A stretch of DNA of 64,000 bases from Camelus dromedarius (Eukaryota): NCBI RefSeq assembly GCF_036321535.1, contig NC_087436.1, positions 6,944,001-7,008,000 of the forward strand, written 5' to 3'. The stretch's first letter is position 1. Every line of letters begins with the position of its first letter. The position numbers and the translations under genes are program-made. This document shows, piece by piece, positions 35,613 through 49,706 of the stretch. The notes under the pieces were generated by a model. The model was not told where the DNA came from. It made no database searches and saw nothing but the letters and a program-made list of their open reading frames with translations.

Positions 35613-38600
35613 ACCCCTTTACTTTTCATTTTTATTTTTATTTTCTCTCAAAAATCACAAATAAAAGTGGGTTTTGGTTACACTTTACTTTGGTCATTCA
35701 AGCATGACTGTTGTTCCTTGCTAAGACTTTCAACCTTTATGGAACTTATGCATTTTTGTGACTGTCAGTGGCAGCCTGCTCACTTGGCCCTGCTCCAAGC
35801 CATTTCACTGATACGAATGTTGCTTTATGAGTTTTATCCTAAACCTGTTTGAAGTGTACCAAGTTTTGAAACTTGGATATTTGTACAAGTGACTGTGGTG
35901 TCACTTGTAATATTGTTACATATAATGCTGCCCTAAGACAAAGCCAAGCTCTTGTTTGGAGTGCCATTTATGTTCTTGAAACAAGGTGCAATTTATAGGT
36001 TTATTTGTTTTTCTTAAAGTCTAATTTAAAATAAATTCAGCGTCTTCGTGTGATCAGAAAGATGGTGAGCAGAGGTAACGCAGGAATCCAGCAAAAGTTA
36101 GTCTCATTCTCATTTCCGAAAGTGCCAGAGGGGACCTTCGCGGTAGGTGAATATAGAAACAGTATAAGCTGCATGTGTTTTCCCAAGCCTGTGAACGAAG
36201 CAGTTGTGGTCACTGAGTTGTTCAGGTTGTGCACTGCACAACTCTCTGACATGCTGTTTACACCCACAGCCGTGGTGGGTTGGTGTGTTAGGACAGTGAC
36301 AGGCAGAGGTTGGTGAAGTAACTTGAGGAAGGAGTTCTTCCCACTAATTTTCTCAAAGGCATCATTTGCAGCAGCCCCGGGGCTGGACAGCAATAGATGA
36401 AAATTATCTTAGCTGAAGTTGCAGGTTTAGAAGTGTTTTTTAAAGAGTATTTGGTTTTCTGCAAATAATGGGCAGGAAAATACCAATAAAGTTTATTGCC
36501 CTAATATTCTCTGAATCAGTGTATTTAAGAAAGTGTAGTAGAAATTGTTATGTACTTTAAATTTTCTCACTTCTAACATTGCCCCACTGTGTGTGCTGAG
36601 TCCTGTTTACAGTCAAATCGCAGTATCATAACTTGGATGAATGTGATTTTCTGGCTGCTGACTTCTTGGAAAGGCTGATAATTCTGATTTAGATACTAAA
36701 GCTAGGTTTGCACTGTGTTTCTAAACTTTCACCTCATTGTTTGGATTGTTTATTAGAGAAGGAGATCGTTTATCTAGGTTGTATATTAACTCACAGAACT
36801 GGAATCCTTTTCAACTAATGTAGTGATCATTTTTGCATCTATTTGCAAAAAAAAGTCAGTACAGTAGATATTTAAAACACAAAGCATTATTATTATACAG
36901 ACTCTCTTTTGAATTTATGTTGGTCACAATCCTGGGGGGGTGAAAACATTCTTATTAAAACACTGAATTTGATTTTGTCAGTGGAGTCAGTTTTATCATG
37001 GGGGCCTCCAGAGAAGTGAAATGATCATGGGCACCGTATTTAGTCATAAACAAGCAGTATTTTTATTGCTCTGACAGTTAAAACCTGTCTGTATTTTTCA
37101 TATCCAGAGCAAGTGGTCAATAGTCCCTTCGCTGCATACCCGCGTGGTGCCAGGGCAGGGCCATAAGGTTGAAAGACAAGGCCAGGGTAGCTGTTAGCCT
37201 AGGAACCTGGAAGGTGCCAAGAGAAGGTTGGTAATTAACACTGGGAGCCAGACGGCCTGGCGACAAAGGCCTACACAGGCGGGTGAAGGCTTGCAGTGCA
37301 CGGACGGGAGGGTCCAGCTGCCAGGTTTTGTCAGGCTGCAGACCTAGCAGTCAGAGTAACCTACCACTACGAATGTCGTAGGAAATTACATCTATAACTG
37401 GCAAAGCCCTGTCCGTGGGAAGGCTGAACCTTGAAATGCTGTCACAATTTTGGGCTGGTTCACGGGCCCTTTTCATATATATGGTAGTTCTGCCTCATTC
37501 TAAAGTAGGTTTGGTAGAGTTGCAGTTTTGAGGCGTTATTTCCATGGTATTTCCAACATCAGCTGAAACTTGCGTTCACCCCTACCATTTGGTCTCTTGG
37601 TTCTGGAGTTCCCAGTGGAAGCGACAGTCACGCACGCTAAGGTCTGGCTGGTGAGGTGAAGTGGTTGTGTGTGCAGCATGAGGAAATGCCTCGGGGTTGT
37701 TACATGGTGGAGTGTAAATTGACTCAGCCAAGTCCACAACGAGTGCAAAATCCCATCAAAGACATTATTTTAGTGTATGTGGTAATCAGTCAGAGGGGGC
37801 TCCTAGATAAGTGAGTTTGGAGTTGGGTTTCTGACTTAGATTGTTGGACGTGGTTGGGAGGAAATGCATACATGGCGAGGAGCCCCTTCCTCAAGTGGAA
37901 GCCCGAGGACAGGATTGCTTATCTAGGGTAGGGGTGCTCTGTAGGGCATGCAGGGGCTGTGGAAGCATCACTGAGGATGTCCGGTTTACAGGTGTGCAGA
38001 CCCGGCTGGAAAGGCCTGGACTACAGGTGGGTGGGTCTCAGGTGACATGGATGGGAGGCTGGGAGAAGCACGTGCATTGTTTATCTCTCCGGGGGCGGCC
38101 AGGCCACGGTCCAGAGCCCTTCCCTCCATCCATCCCAGGTCCACCACAGTCTCAGGAGGAACATTACGCCGTGGTACCCGCCGTAATCCCATTTTAAATT
38201 AGAGCTGGCAGCTCTGATGAGGATAAGTGGGAAACAAGACATTGAGCTAATCAGTTCTGAGAGGCTGGAATACTGTTCTCATTATGATTCACATGACAAA
38301 CAACGAGCTACTTGAGTCTAAAAATCACAGGCCTCCTTTCTGCCTGCCAGTGCTGTGTGATAAGTTAATTGATTGCTGAGAACTTGCTGTTTTTTTTTCC
38401 CCCAGTAGTGGAAGTGGGTGAAACAGTGGAAGGATAATTCTGTGTCTGTGGGGTGGGGACCGGAGGCACAGTTACGTGTCCCGCATTCCACGTGGACACC
38501 ATCTTCTTGAAAGGGTGCACATTTGCTGTGTCTTGTGATGCCTCATTGGAGATGGAGTGTGGCATTTTGAAAATAACTCACTGGCGGAAGGTACCTTTAT

Positions 38601-38782
38601 TGGACATTAACTGGGGGTCAGAGTTCTGGAAGTGGTACATGGCCGGTGAGGTTTTCCTTCAGGTACTGGCGACATCCAACAGGAATGGCACGGATTAAAC
38701 TGGGGAGGAAGGGATGGGAAAAATAGGAAAACAAAAGAAAAACTGCAAATCACCTTAAAACTGTCCTCATCGAGTTTTTAAA

Positions 38783-38919
38783 GTTTTTTTGGGGGGGGGA
38801 CGGCAATTAGGTTTATTTATTTGTTTATTTATTCTTAGAAGAGGTACTAGAGATCAAACCCAGAACCTCATGCACACTAAGCATGCACTCTACCACTTGA
38901 GCTATAATCTCCCCACCTC
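38783..38919 (-). mobile_element. vic-1-like SINE
   Basis: Same head and tail structure; TSD catcgagtttttaaa (38768-38782) / catcaagtttttaaa (38920-38934). Confidence 0.88.
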
Positions 38920-39017
38920 CATCAAGTTTTTAAAATAACACATTGGTCTTACATCCCTTCTTACATGAGAAGATAGCAGTAACTTATAACAGGATTAAAT
39001 GAAGTGATAACATGCAC

Positions 39018-40201
39018 TTTTTTTTTTTAATTGAGGTACAGTCAGTTTACAATGTTGTGTCAGTTTCTGGTGTACAGCACAATGCTTCAGTCACATATGA
39101 ATATACATATATTCATTTTCATATTCTTTTTCACCGTGAGCTACTACAAGATCTTGTATATATTTCCCTGTGCTATACAGTATAAACTTGTTTATCTATT
39201 TTATATATACCAGTTGGTATCTACAAATCTTGAACTCCCAGTCTGTCCCTTCCCACCCTCTTCCCCACTGGCTACCACAAGTCTGTATTCTATGTCTGCA
39301 CATCTGTTTCTGTTTTATATATAAGTTCGTTTGTCTTTTTTTTTTTTAATTAGATTCCACATATGAGTAATATCATATGGTATTTTTCTTTCTCTTTCTG
39401 GCTTACTTCACTTAGAATGAAATTCTCCAGGTCCGTCCATGTTGCTGCAAATGGCATTATTTTATCATTTTTTATGGCTGAGTAGAATTTCATTGTATAA
39501 ATACACCACATCTTCTTTATCCAGTCATCTCCCAGTGGGCATTTAGGTTGTTTCTATTTCTTGGCTATCGTAAATAGTGCTGCTATGAACATTGGGGTGC
39601 AGGTGTCTTTTTGAATTAGGGTTCCTTCTGGATATATGCCCAGGAGTGGGATTGCTGGATCATATGGTTAAGTCTGTTTTTAGTCTTTTGAGGAATCTCT
39701 GTACTGTTTTCCACAATGGCTGCATGAAACTGCATTCCCACAAACAATATAGGAAGGTTCCCTTTTCTCCACACCCTCTCCAGCATTTATCATTTGTGTA
39801 CTTTTGAATGATGGCCATTCTGGCTGATGTGAGGTGATACCTCATTGTAGTTTTGATTTGCATCTCTGATAATTAGCGATATTGAGCATTTTTTTCATTT
39901 GCCTATTGGTTACTTGTATGTCTTCATTGGAGAATTGCTTATTTAGGTCTTCTGCCCTTTTTCAGATTGGGTTGTTTGGTTTTTTTCTTATTAAGTCATA
40001 TGAGCTGTTTATATAGTCTGGAAATCAAGCCCTTGTCAGTTTCATCTTTTGTAAATATTTTCTCCCATTTCATAGGCTGTCGTTTTGTTTTGCTTATGGT
40101 TTCCTTTGCTGTGCAAAAGCTTGTAAGTTTAATTAGGCCCCATTTGTTTATTCTTGCTTTTATTTCTATTGCTTGGGCAGACTGCCCTAGGGGAGCACTG
40201 C
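39018..40201 (-). mobile_element. Young 5'-truncated L1 (ORF2 C-terminus + 3' UTR)
   Basis: Track ORF 39660..39863 ([12 protein letters not shown]...[15 protein letters not shown]...QPLWKTV) is the ORF2 Cys-rich end. Poly-T at 39018. Degenerate TSD tgataacatgcactttt / tgatagcatacgctttt. Confidence 0.93.
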
Positions 40202-40999
40202 TGATAGCATACGCTTTTCATCAGTTTCCTCTATGGCCAGCACTGTTGGAAGTTTCTAATATTTCTTTAAAAGAAAAAAGTGTTCCTCCCTCCCCCACCC
40301 TCCCTCTTCCCTTCCTTCCTCCCAAGAGAAGCCATCGCACTTTATTCAGTTGTTACTTGAAATGACCGACAGTTAGTGGATGGCAGCAGAATGAGTAAGG
40401 ACTACTAGTTACAAGAACTACCTCTTAGACATTGTTTTATACACTCCATTATCACAGTATTTTGCAGAAGCAGGTGATTGGAGCCTGTGGTTGGACAGTT
40501 AATGAAATGGTTGGTTAGACAGGGAGTCATAGAAACGTACTTCTGTTTTAACTTAAAAATATCCAATTTGATCTGTACATATAAACACATGTATAACTGA
40601 ATACATAATTGGATGAAAATGTACACCTGCATGCATAAAGGTGTGTGTGTATGTGTGTGTGTGACAGTGAGTCAGTCCTCTGGGACTTGACTGACTTCCC
40701 ACAATCTTTGACCGTTATTTCCCCCACATCCAGCCCAGAAGCAGTTAAAAAACTGACACACCCGTATCGAGATCACCAAAGCATTCTGCTTCTCAGGATG
40801 AGCGATTATTAGGTTCAACAGATAGTTGTCAAGAGTAAACGATCAATGTATTGCTCTTTCAAAATATTAATCTGTTAACCCTAATCACTACAAGGGGTGG
40901 TGTGCTGGCAGCTTCATGTCTCAGGAAGGTCGTTCACCAACAAGGCTGATCAAAAGTGATGAGCAAATGATGGAACCAGCTTCGCAGGTCAAACATCAA

Positions 41000-41154
41000 G
41001 GCGGGAGGGCAGAGCTCAGTGGTAGAGGGTGTGCTCAGCAGGTGCGAGGTCCTGGGTTCCATCCCCAGTGCCTCCATTAAAAAAAAAAAAAAAGAATACA
41101 TAAACCTACTCCCCCCTAAAACAACAACAACAACAACGGCAACAAAAAACAGAA
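41000..41154 (+). mobile_element. vic-1-like SINE
   Basis: gggagggcagagctcagtggtagag...gggttccatccccagtgcctcc plus A-rich tails; TSD tcaaacatca / tcagacatca. Confidence 0.88.
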
Positions 41155-42504
41155 TCAGACATCACCCTCCGTTACTAGTGGTGTCTCTTTGAACCCCAGC
41201 CTGACGCTTGTAGCAGTACTGAACTGTCTGTCCTGATCTCGGTCCACCGCTCACCTGCAGCTCTCTGCCCGCGTATCCCTCTGTCTCCTCCGTCCTGCAG
41301 TGTTACTGGGTGTGTCCGTGTGCCTGCCTGGAACGTGGGGCTGCCACACCCAGAGACCCCCGCAGTGTGCCATCAAAGCCGAGGGGTAACAGTGTCTTGA
41401 GGAGGAGGAGGGGTCTGTTTGTCCGCTGCTTCAAGGAGCATCAGTAAGGTGAGACTAGAGACCTGCCCTTGGACGTAACAGTGTGGGAGTCACGGGTGAC
41501 CTGGGGAGCCCCTCAGTGAAGTAGATCGTGCTCTGAAGATGGGCCCTGGGGAAAGAGGTTTTATCATTTCATCAGCAGGGAAACGGGGTCCTGGCTGGAG
41601 CTGTGAGGTCAGGGGGATTTGTTTCCTTAAAGCCCGAAGATGCGTGTTTGTGCGCTGATGGCAGTGACCCAGTGGGGAGAGCTCCATGCAGGGAGGAGGG
41701 AGGTTACTGCAGAAGTGGGTGAAACCCTTTTTACAGACTGTCTTACGGTCAGAGCCGTAGTCAGTGGGTGGGCTAGGGGGTTCAGTGGTGGGTGCTGAGG
41801 AGTCTGGACGAGAGAGAGAAATTGTGACAGGAGCGTTGAATGCCCGCTGATACCAGTGGTCACTGGCAGGCAGTCAGTGCCCCCGGCCCCGGCGAGGTTC
41901 GGGCTTGCGGGGCAGGCACGGTGGGCGTGGGCATGGGGCGCTGCTGGCTTTGTGCGTTGCCGCAGCAGCACTGTGGGGGCGGGGGGAGCAGGGGTTACGG
42001 TGTGCCCAGGCCATGGGGCTGCTGGTGCCCTGTCCAGGGTGCCCTTCCTGTCTCTAACAGCTTTAATGAATAGCTTGTCACCTGCTCTAGACGTTGCTTT
42101 GAGTCTCAGTTCTGACCTCTCTTTTCTCCCCTGACAGGTTTTTTTGGGCGGGGGGCAAATCACGCTCCAGAGTTAGAAATGACCGCATCTGTCAAGTCAC
42201 CTGCCTCGTCACCGCCGGGGCCTTTGCTCAGATGTCACTTGCTCTGTGGGAGCAGCTCCTGAGGCCCCCAGGGCGTCTTCCGCAGTATCACCATATTGTC
42301 GTTTAAAAGCTCAGACTTTCCCTGGTTGCTCCCTTGCATGGTGAGCTTACGTGACACTCAGCTGCCAACAGAGAGACTCCACAGTCCTTGGTGAGGTGTG
42401 CGGGCAGCTCAGACCGGCTCACTCTGCCGGGACGTTCGCCCATTGGTGCCACGCCGCCCTCTTCACCCACGGGAGGGACCCACGTGTCTGCTAAACTCAA
42501 AGAC

Positions 42505-42588
42505 CCTTTAAAGGCACGGGGTGCAGTCCTCAACTTCCCTTCCCCAGTGCCTAGCACATAGCAGGCACCTCATAGATATTTGTTGAAC
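42505..42588 (+). mobile_element. L2 3'-end remnant
   Basis: tccccagtgcctagcacatagcaggcacctcatagatatttgttgaa matches the L2 terminus. Confidence 0.75.
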
Positions 42589-45129
42589 GTATTGGTTTAG
42601 GATTACATTTTAACTTGCCCTTAAAAAAAAAGAGCTTAACAATATTGGGCTCACACAATCCCTTGTAAAAATGACTCTGAGAAGCTGTGATTTACTGAAT
42701 GTCAGGTGAGAGCAGAGGAGGAGGAGCGGGGAGAGCAGAGGCAGCGGTGTCCGGAAGAAGCTGTCCGGGGGCCCGAGGATGGCCCCGCTCCATCCGTGCA
42801 GGTGCAGCCGAGGGAGAGGGCAGGCGGTGTCTTCCTGGGTGTCGTTTGCTCACTGTATTAATTACAATTCATTTTGGTTGCATAAGACAGTTGCTTGCGC
42901 ACAGCGGGAGCAGCGTTTTCTCCCACATGAGAGAATCTGGGAGGTCCACGTCCAGGACGGTCCAGGCTCCCATCCGTCTGCCCTGCTCAGCGCTTCTGTT
43001 CAGCCTCAGTTCAGGACATGGCTTCCCGGCCAAGCCCAGCCATCCTGTCTGCAGGTCTTGTATTCTGAGATGTACTGTGCCCCTAAAAGTAATGAGATAA
43101 AGCCTGCTAAGGAGAAAGGGGATGGATGCTGGAGTGGGGGCCAGCGGCTGTGTTACCCACACTCTTCTGGTCTCCCTCCTGCTCTCCTCCTCTGTTAGTG
43201 TCTCACCTTCCTGGACCCTCTTCACCTCCCTCTTCTGTCCTCTTCTCCTCCTGCCGGAGCTTGACTCACGTACAGGTGTTCCCCTGGTACACACCCAAAT
43301 AAAGTAAACGTGTATCTTAAGATTTTAAAGAAATGCTAGGAAAGAGCTCCAAATAAGGCAAATAGAAATCAAAACAAAGGTGAGCTTGGTTTGACTGGAG
43401 CTGATGATGACTTGGTTTGACCTGGAGGGAGAGTTCTGGGCTTGATAGAAGTGTATCCTGTGTTCAGTTTGAAAGGAGGGAGGTAGGAGTCTAAGTTACA
43501 GGAAGACAGTGAACTCGGGTAAAAGGCACCGCGGAATATACTGAAACATTCCACCTTTGGTATTTTTAGCTGCTTCTGTACCGAACGTCTTCATCCTGGA
43601 GGGCGGACGTGGTTTCAGCATCCATTAGATCACACCTGCCCCTTTCCAGTCACCTTCCCGTGTGACTCCCTCTGCGCAGAGCAGAGCCCTCCCTGGGGAG
43701 GGAGCTCAGTGGCCGGATTGAGCTGGGAATTGGTTGCTATGACTACAGCACCGCAGGTGTGCTGTGCCTGCAAGTCAGGCTTCGTGGTCCTCGGAATAGG
43801 GGCGCTGGTGGTGTCCCAGCAAAGTAGCCTTAAAGGGAAGATCTCTGGTGTCTCTGTGTGTAGAGTGGACCTGGTACCACAGGGCGCCTGCCGCTTACAG
43901 TCTTCAGCCAGGGAGCCTGTCATCTGTGGTCCTTGCGTAAGTGCCTGTGGGAGCTCACCCCAGAGGTCCTTATTTGCAGTGATGTTTGAATTTCTCTGGC
44001 CAAAGGAAATATCATATTTCATAAAGATTTTAAAGTCTGACACGTCTGTGTGTGGCGAAATACAGTATTGTTTTTCTCTGTAAAATGCTGGAGGTGTTTT
44101 CTGCCAAGTGGGAAGGCACTCCTAGCCTGTGGTTGTGCACAATTATTTGGGGGAAGGCTTGGTTTGGAGGGTGTGGCAATTACTGTGTCACCTGTATGAG
44201 CTCACAGTGTCTTAAAATGTGTAGCAACGAAATTTGTTTTCGTTTCAAGAAATATACTGTTCAGTATTGGGAACGCTGACAAAATAAAAAAGAGTAAGGC
44301 TATTGCTAAGAGAGATTAATGTATGAAGCCAGTTATACTTGGTGAAATTGGAATGTCTTTATTAAAATAAAAATTTCAGTTAATTTCAGGGACGCATTTT
44401 TATTTTACTATGAACTGAATTATATATTTATAAATAAATATTACTATGAGTATAAAATTACATATATAATATATAGGCATATACCATATAAATAAACAAC
44501 AAAATTGTATGTTTGAATGTTAAAGAAAATGACTTTATTCTGTATTACGTACCCCACTTTTTTTTTTTTTAGTATTGTTGAACAATTTACTAAAAGTCAT
44601 TTAAACGTACTTCAAGAATTAAATAGTTGAAATAAAGTGAGACAATAGCTTAGGCATGTAGATCACTGCCTTTTTTATGTTAGTATTTAAATAAATTTAA
44701 CCTGGGTTTGAAAGCTATCTGCTTAACATTTATTATTTATTGCTGTGAGTTCAAAAATACTAAAAATTACGTATTGCCTTAGGTGTTTCTTACTTTTAGC
44801 ACACATGAATGGCTTCATGTATAGGAATTAGATATTTTTGTAATTAAATATAAAATATAATTTCTGGTATTGAATGTTTATCTGTTCCAGATCTAGATTT
44901 TCTTAGTTCTACCTTTATCTGTGATTTTTTTTGAGTCAGATATTTAAGGACAGTTTTTACCTTCTGTTTTATGATGGCTTACTTTACATTTTATGACTAT
45001 AAACTGCTTAGTGTCTCAGTTTCATTAAGATAACTTTTGCTATTAAACATTTTCAGATAATGTTAAAAATTGGGGCAATGGTCAAAATCTGTCAAAACAC
45101 TTTCCTAGGTTTTATTTTTATTATTATTT

Positions 45130-45250
45130 TTTGGCTCATTAGGGTGCATTTAGAAAACCACCATTAAGTATTTAAGTATACATGAAATATATTTAAATAT
45201 ATATATGTATGCCTAGTGGTGGTTTTCTGAATGCACCCTTGTGAACCAAA
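45130..45250. repeat. Long inverted repeat / hairpin with 37-nt arms
   Basis: 45130-45166 matches the reverse complement of 45214-45250 at 32/37 positions; centre is palindromic. Confidence 0.92.
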
Positions 45251-45489
45251 GGTGGTGGGTGAGGAGTAAATTAGGAGTTTGGGATTAGCAGACACACACT
45301 ACTATATATAAAATAGATAAACAACAAGGTCCTCCTGTATAGCACAGTGAACTATACTCAGTATCCTATAGTAAACCATAATAGTAAAAAGTGTGAGAGA
45401 TAGATACATATATATATATCTGAATCCCTTTGCTGTACACCAGAAACTAGCACAACATTGTAAATCAACTAAACTTCAATTTAAAAAAA
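45251..45489 (+). mobile_element. 5'-truncated L1 3' UTR fragment
   Basis: taaattaggagtttgggattagcaga...gctgtacaccagaaactagcacaacattgtaaatcaact plus A tail; homologous to ~49470-49700. Confidence 0.88.
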
Positions 45490-47014
45490 TGTATTCATAC
45501 TTAATTCAGTTGTGCAAATAGGAAAACTTTTCTCTCATCAGGCTAAATCATCTGTATTCCAGGATGTATATATCTCTCTCAGAGTTTTCTGCTGCCATGG
45601 TAGTTTATATAGTCTAAAATAATTATTAATTGTTATTCAGAATCTTGAGACTGTTTCAGCTTACCACTTTGTCACCTGATCTTGGAGTTCAGCTTGTTAT
45701 GTAACTTTGGAAACACAGAGTAAAGAGTTATCTGTGAATAGGGTCTTCCAGGTTTTATAATCACTATCCTATTTAAGTGAATTTTTAACGCAGTTGAGGT
45801 ATAATTGATACAAAGTGAGTAACCTTTTGTATGTTAATCTTATAAATAGTTAACTATATACAGTTTGTATAAATATGGTTAATTTTGTGTATGGAAACAT
45901 CATTGTGGCTAAAGCAGGGGTCCATTCCCCCCCCCCGCCCCGATTATCTGTATCAGAATATGGATAATTACAGTCCTTCAAACATAGTGGAGAAGAGCTT
46001 CCTGAAGACGACTCAAGCACAAGAGGGGTGTTTTAACTTTTCTAGGGATGTGCTTGTGGGACAATAAGTGGAAAAGACACTGAAGTAGGGTCCTTGTGTT
46101 TGACAGTAAAGATGGCTAGGAGATAACGTGGGGCAAGGCTAGGAGAGGTGGGTGACCAAGGTAGAGGTTTCCAACCTGGGCTTGTTACTGGGTACACTGG
46201 CTTAGGGTGGGTGCAGCCCTGAGGCCCAGGCCCGGGAGAGTCCAGTCACTGCAGTCTGGCTGGACCTCCCACTCTCATTTTCAGAGCTCGCAGGCAGGTG
46301 GTCAGTCAGGTTTGAATTGGTGAGAAAATCAGTGTATAACCACTGAAGTGTTAAGATCATTGAATGAGAGGGTCCTGGGGGTTCTGGAAAGCTGGGACCA
46401 GGGACCTTGGTGTGCCACGGCCTGGGGCCTGACTAGTGTTTTCATGGACATAGAAGTTGGTGGGGCACAGGTCAGTCATTTAGGACTGACTGATGTATTG
46501 TAATGAAATTACAGAGAATAGAAACAGTGAGATAAAGAATGCTTTGAACTTGCCTGTCTGGCGGTGGAATACCTTTGACAGCTGTAACCAAATCTAGGGG
46601 CTAGAGGTGAGTGGGTACCTGAGGTGAAGTGAGTACTTTTGGGGTTAGGGCATGGTGTAGTTCGTGCTTTGCCAGACAGGGGGAGCTACAGGAAGTATGG
46701 AGAGAGAGAGAGAGAATCTGGACACTGAGTCACCTGGAAGGCTTTGGGGGTGGGGGTAGGGTGGAGGGATAGGTAAATAGAGTGAATACAAAAAAGAGGT
46801 GCTTACAGGGTCAGAAGGCTGTACGGACTGACATTGACAACTTAAATGGTGTTTTACTGCCCATTCCGGTGTAGAATTCTCTTGTTTTATTTTAAGCAAG
46901 CCGTGCAGTATCTTGCCGATTCCTACATGAAGGGGATGCCGGATTGCATAAGTTTTCCTGTTGCATTTTGTAAGTGAGGTAGTATTACGGTTTTACAAAA
47001 CATAACTTGCAGAT

Positions 47015-47914
47015 AATGGTTTGGGTTGCTTCCAGTTTGGGGGCTTCTGTCAGCGTTCATGAACGTTTGTTTCTGTGGACATCTGTTTTCATGACTTCTT
47101 GAATAAATGCATGGGAGTGGAACTGCTGGGTTATGTGGTTAGTGTATGTTTAACTTCATAAGAAACTGTTGCACTGTTTTCCGCAGTGGCTGTGGCATTT
47201 TGTACTCCCACTAGCAGAAAATTTCAGGCATTCTGGTTGCTCCACATCTTCTCCAGTACTTAGTATTGTCCATCTTTCTAATGTTAGCCATTCTGGCAGA
47301 TATGTGGTGGTGATCTCACGGTGCTTTTATTATGTGTTTCTCTGAAGACTAGTGTCGTTGAGAAGTTTTTCATGTGTTAATTGGTCGTTCATGTATCTTT
47401 GGTGAAGTGTTAGTTCACCCATTTAAAACAAAAAAAAATTTTAAATTGGATTTTGACCATTAGAAAAATTGAATTGACTGTTTTATTTGTGAGTTGTGTT
47501 CTGAGTACAATTCCTTCTTTGGATATATTTTGTGAAAATTTTTGTCCAATCTGTGGCTTGTCTTTTTCTTCCAAATTGTCTTTTCAAAGCAAAACTTTTC
47601 CACTTCAGTGAAGTCTGTTATGTCTGTTTTCTTTTATAATTTGTACTTTTGGTGTCCTATTTAAGAAGTTTTTTCTTAACTTGATGGTATAAAGGTTTCC
47701 TCATGTTTTTCTTCTAGAAATTTAATAGTTTTAGCTTTTCCATTTGGGCCTGAGATCCATTTTGATTTGATTTTTGTGTATGGTGTAAGGTAAGGGTTCA
47801 GGTTTGGCTTATGTTTTTCCATACAGGTACTTGGTGGTTCCAGAACCATTTATTGAGAAGAATATTTTTTACCCACTAAATTGCCTTGGCATATTTGTGA
47901 AAAGTCAATAGCCC
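47015..47914 (-). mobile_element. Old L1 (ORF2 3' region), left part
   Basis: Antisense L1 motifs (gggagtggaactgctgggttatgtgg; atccattttgatttgatttttgtgtatggtgtaaggtaagggttcag). Confidence 0.8.
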
Positions 47915-49706
47915 ACCGCACAAAAACTACTAGAGCTGATAAACAGATTCAGCAAGGCAGCAGGATACAAGATTAACACACAGAAATGTGTTGGATTTCT
48001 TCACATTAACAATGAAACAGCAGAAAAGGTGAATTTAAAAAATCCCTTTTAAAATCACACCAAAAAACAAAAAACAAAAACCTTAAGAATAAACCTGACC
48101 AAGGTGGTGAAAGACTTAAACACTGAGAACTGTAAACCACTGTTAAAGGTAATTAAAGATGATTTAAAGAAATGGAAGGATATCCCATGTTGGAAGAATT
48201 AATATTGTTAAAATGGCCATACTACCCAAAGCAATCTACAGATTTAATGTGATCTCTACCAAATTACCCAGGACATTTTTTACAGAATTAAGACAAATAA
48301 TCCTAAAATTTTATGGAATCACAGAAGACCCAGAACTACTAAAGCAATATTGAAGAAAAAGGATGAAGCTGGAGGAATAACCCTCCCAGACTTCAGACAA
48401 TACCACAGAGCTGCAGTAATCAACACAGCGTGGTATTGGTACAAAAACAGACTTACGGATCAATGGAGCAGAATAGAGCCCAGAAATAAACCTACAGACT
48501 TATGGTCAATTAATCTTCAACAAAAGAGGCAAGAATATGCAGTGGAGAAAAGACAATCTCTTCAGCAAGTGGTGTTGGGAAGACCGGACAGCTGCATGTA
48601 AATCAGTGAAGCTAGAACACTCCCTCACACCATACACAGAAATAAACTCAAAATGGCTTAGAGACTTAAACATAAGACAAGGCACAGTAAACCTCTTAGA
48701 AGAAAACATAGGCAAAACATTCTCTGACATTAACCTTAGCAATGTTCTCCTAGGGCAGTCTACCCAGGCAATAGAAATAAGAGCAAAAATAAACAAATGG
48801 GACCAAATTGAACTTAAAAGCATTTGCATAGCAAAGGAAACCATAAACAAACAAAAAGATAACCTACAGAATGGGAGAAAATATTTACAAATGATGCAAC
48901 TAACAAGGGCTTAATTTCTACAATACACAAACAGCTCATACAACTTAATAACAACAACAACAACAACAAAAAACCCAATCCAAAAATGGGCAGAAGACCT
49001 AAACAAGCAATTCTCCACTGAAGACATATGGTGGCCAATAGGCACATGAAAAGATGCTTACTATTGCTAATTATCAGAGAAATGCAAATCAAAACTACAA
49101 TGAGGTATCACCTCACACCAGTCAGAATGGCCATCATTCAAAAGTCCATGAACAATAAATACAATAGCTAAGACATGGAAGCAACCTAAATGTCCATTGT
49201 CAGATGACTGGTTAAAAAAGTCATGGTATATTTCTACAATGGAATACTACTCAGCCATAAAAGTGAATGAGATAATGCCATATGCAGCAACATGGATGGA
49301 CCTGGAGATCGTCATTCTAAGAGAAGTAAGCCAGAAAGAGAAAGACAAGCACCATATGATATCATGTGGAAGCAAAAAAAAGGACACAAATGAACCTATC
49401 TACAAAACAGACACAGACTCACAGACAGAAAACACACTTATGGTTACCAAAGGGGAAAGGATAGGGGGGTGGATAAATTAGGAATTTGGGATTAGCAGAT
49501 ACTAACTACTATATATAAAGCAGAAAAACGAGGACCTACTGTACAGCACAGGGAGCAATATTCAATATCTTGTAATAACCTATAATGAAAAAGAATATAA
49601 AGAAGAATATATATATATATATGTATGTATAACTGAATCACTATGCTGTACACTGGAAACTAACACAACATTGTAAGTCAACTATACTTCCGTGAAAAAA
49701 AAAAAA
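47915..49706 (+). mobile_element. Younger 5'-truncated L1 (~1.8 kb, ORF2 3' half + 3' UTR) nested in the older L1
   Basis: Starts at QKLLELINRFSKAAGYKIN; track ORFs 48350, 48537 and 49197 are frameshifted ORF2 pieces; poly-A at ~49695-49706. Confidence 0.95.

Noticed and set aside
48350..49481. L1 ORF2-like ORFs as an active retroelement
   Set aside because: 5'-truncated, frameshifted and missing the Cys-rich motif.
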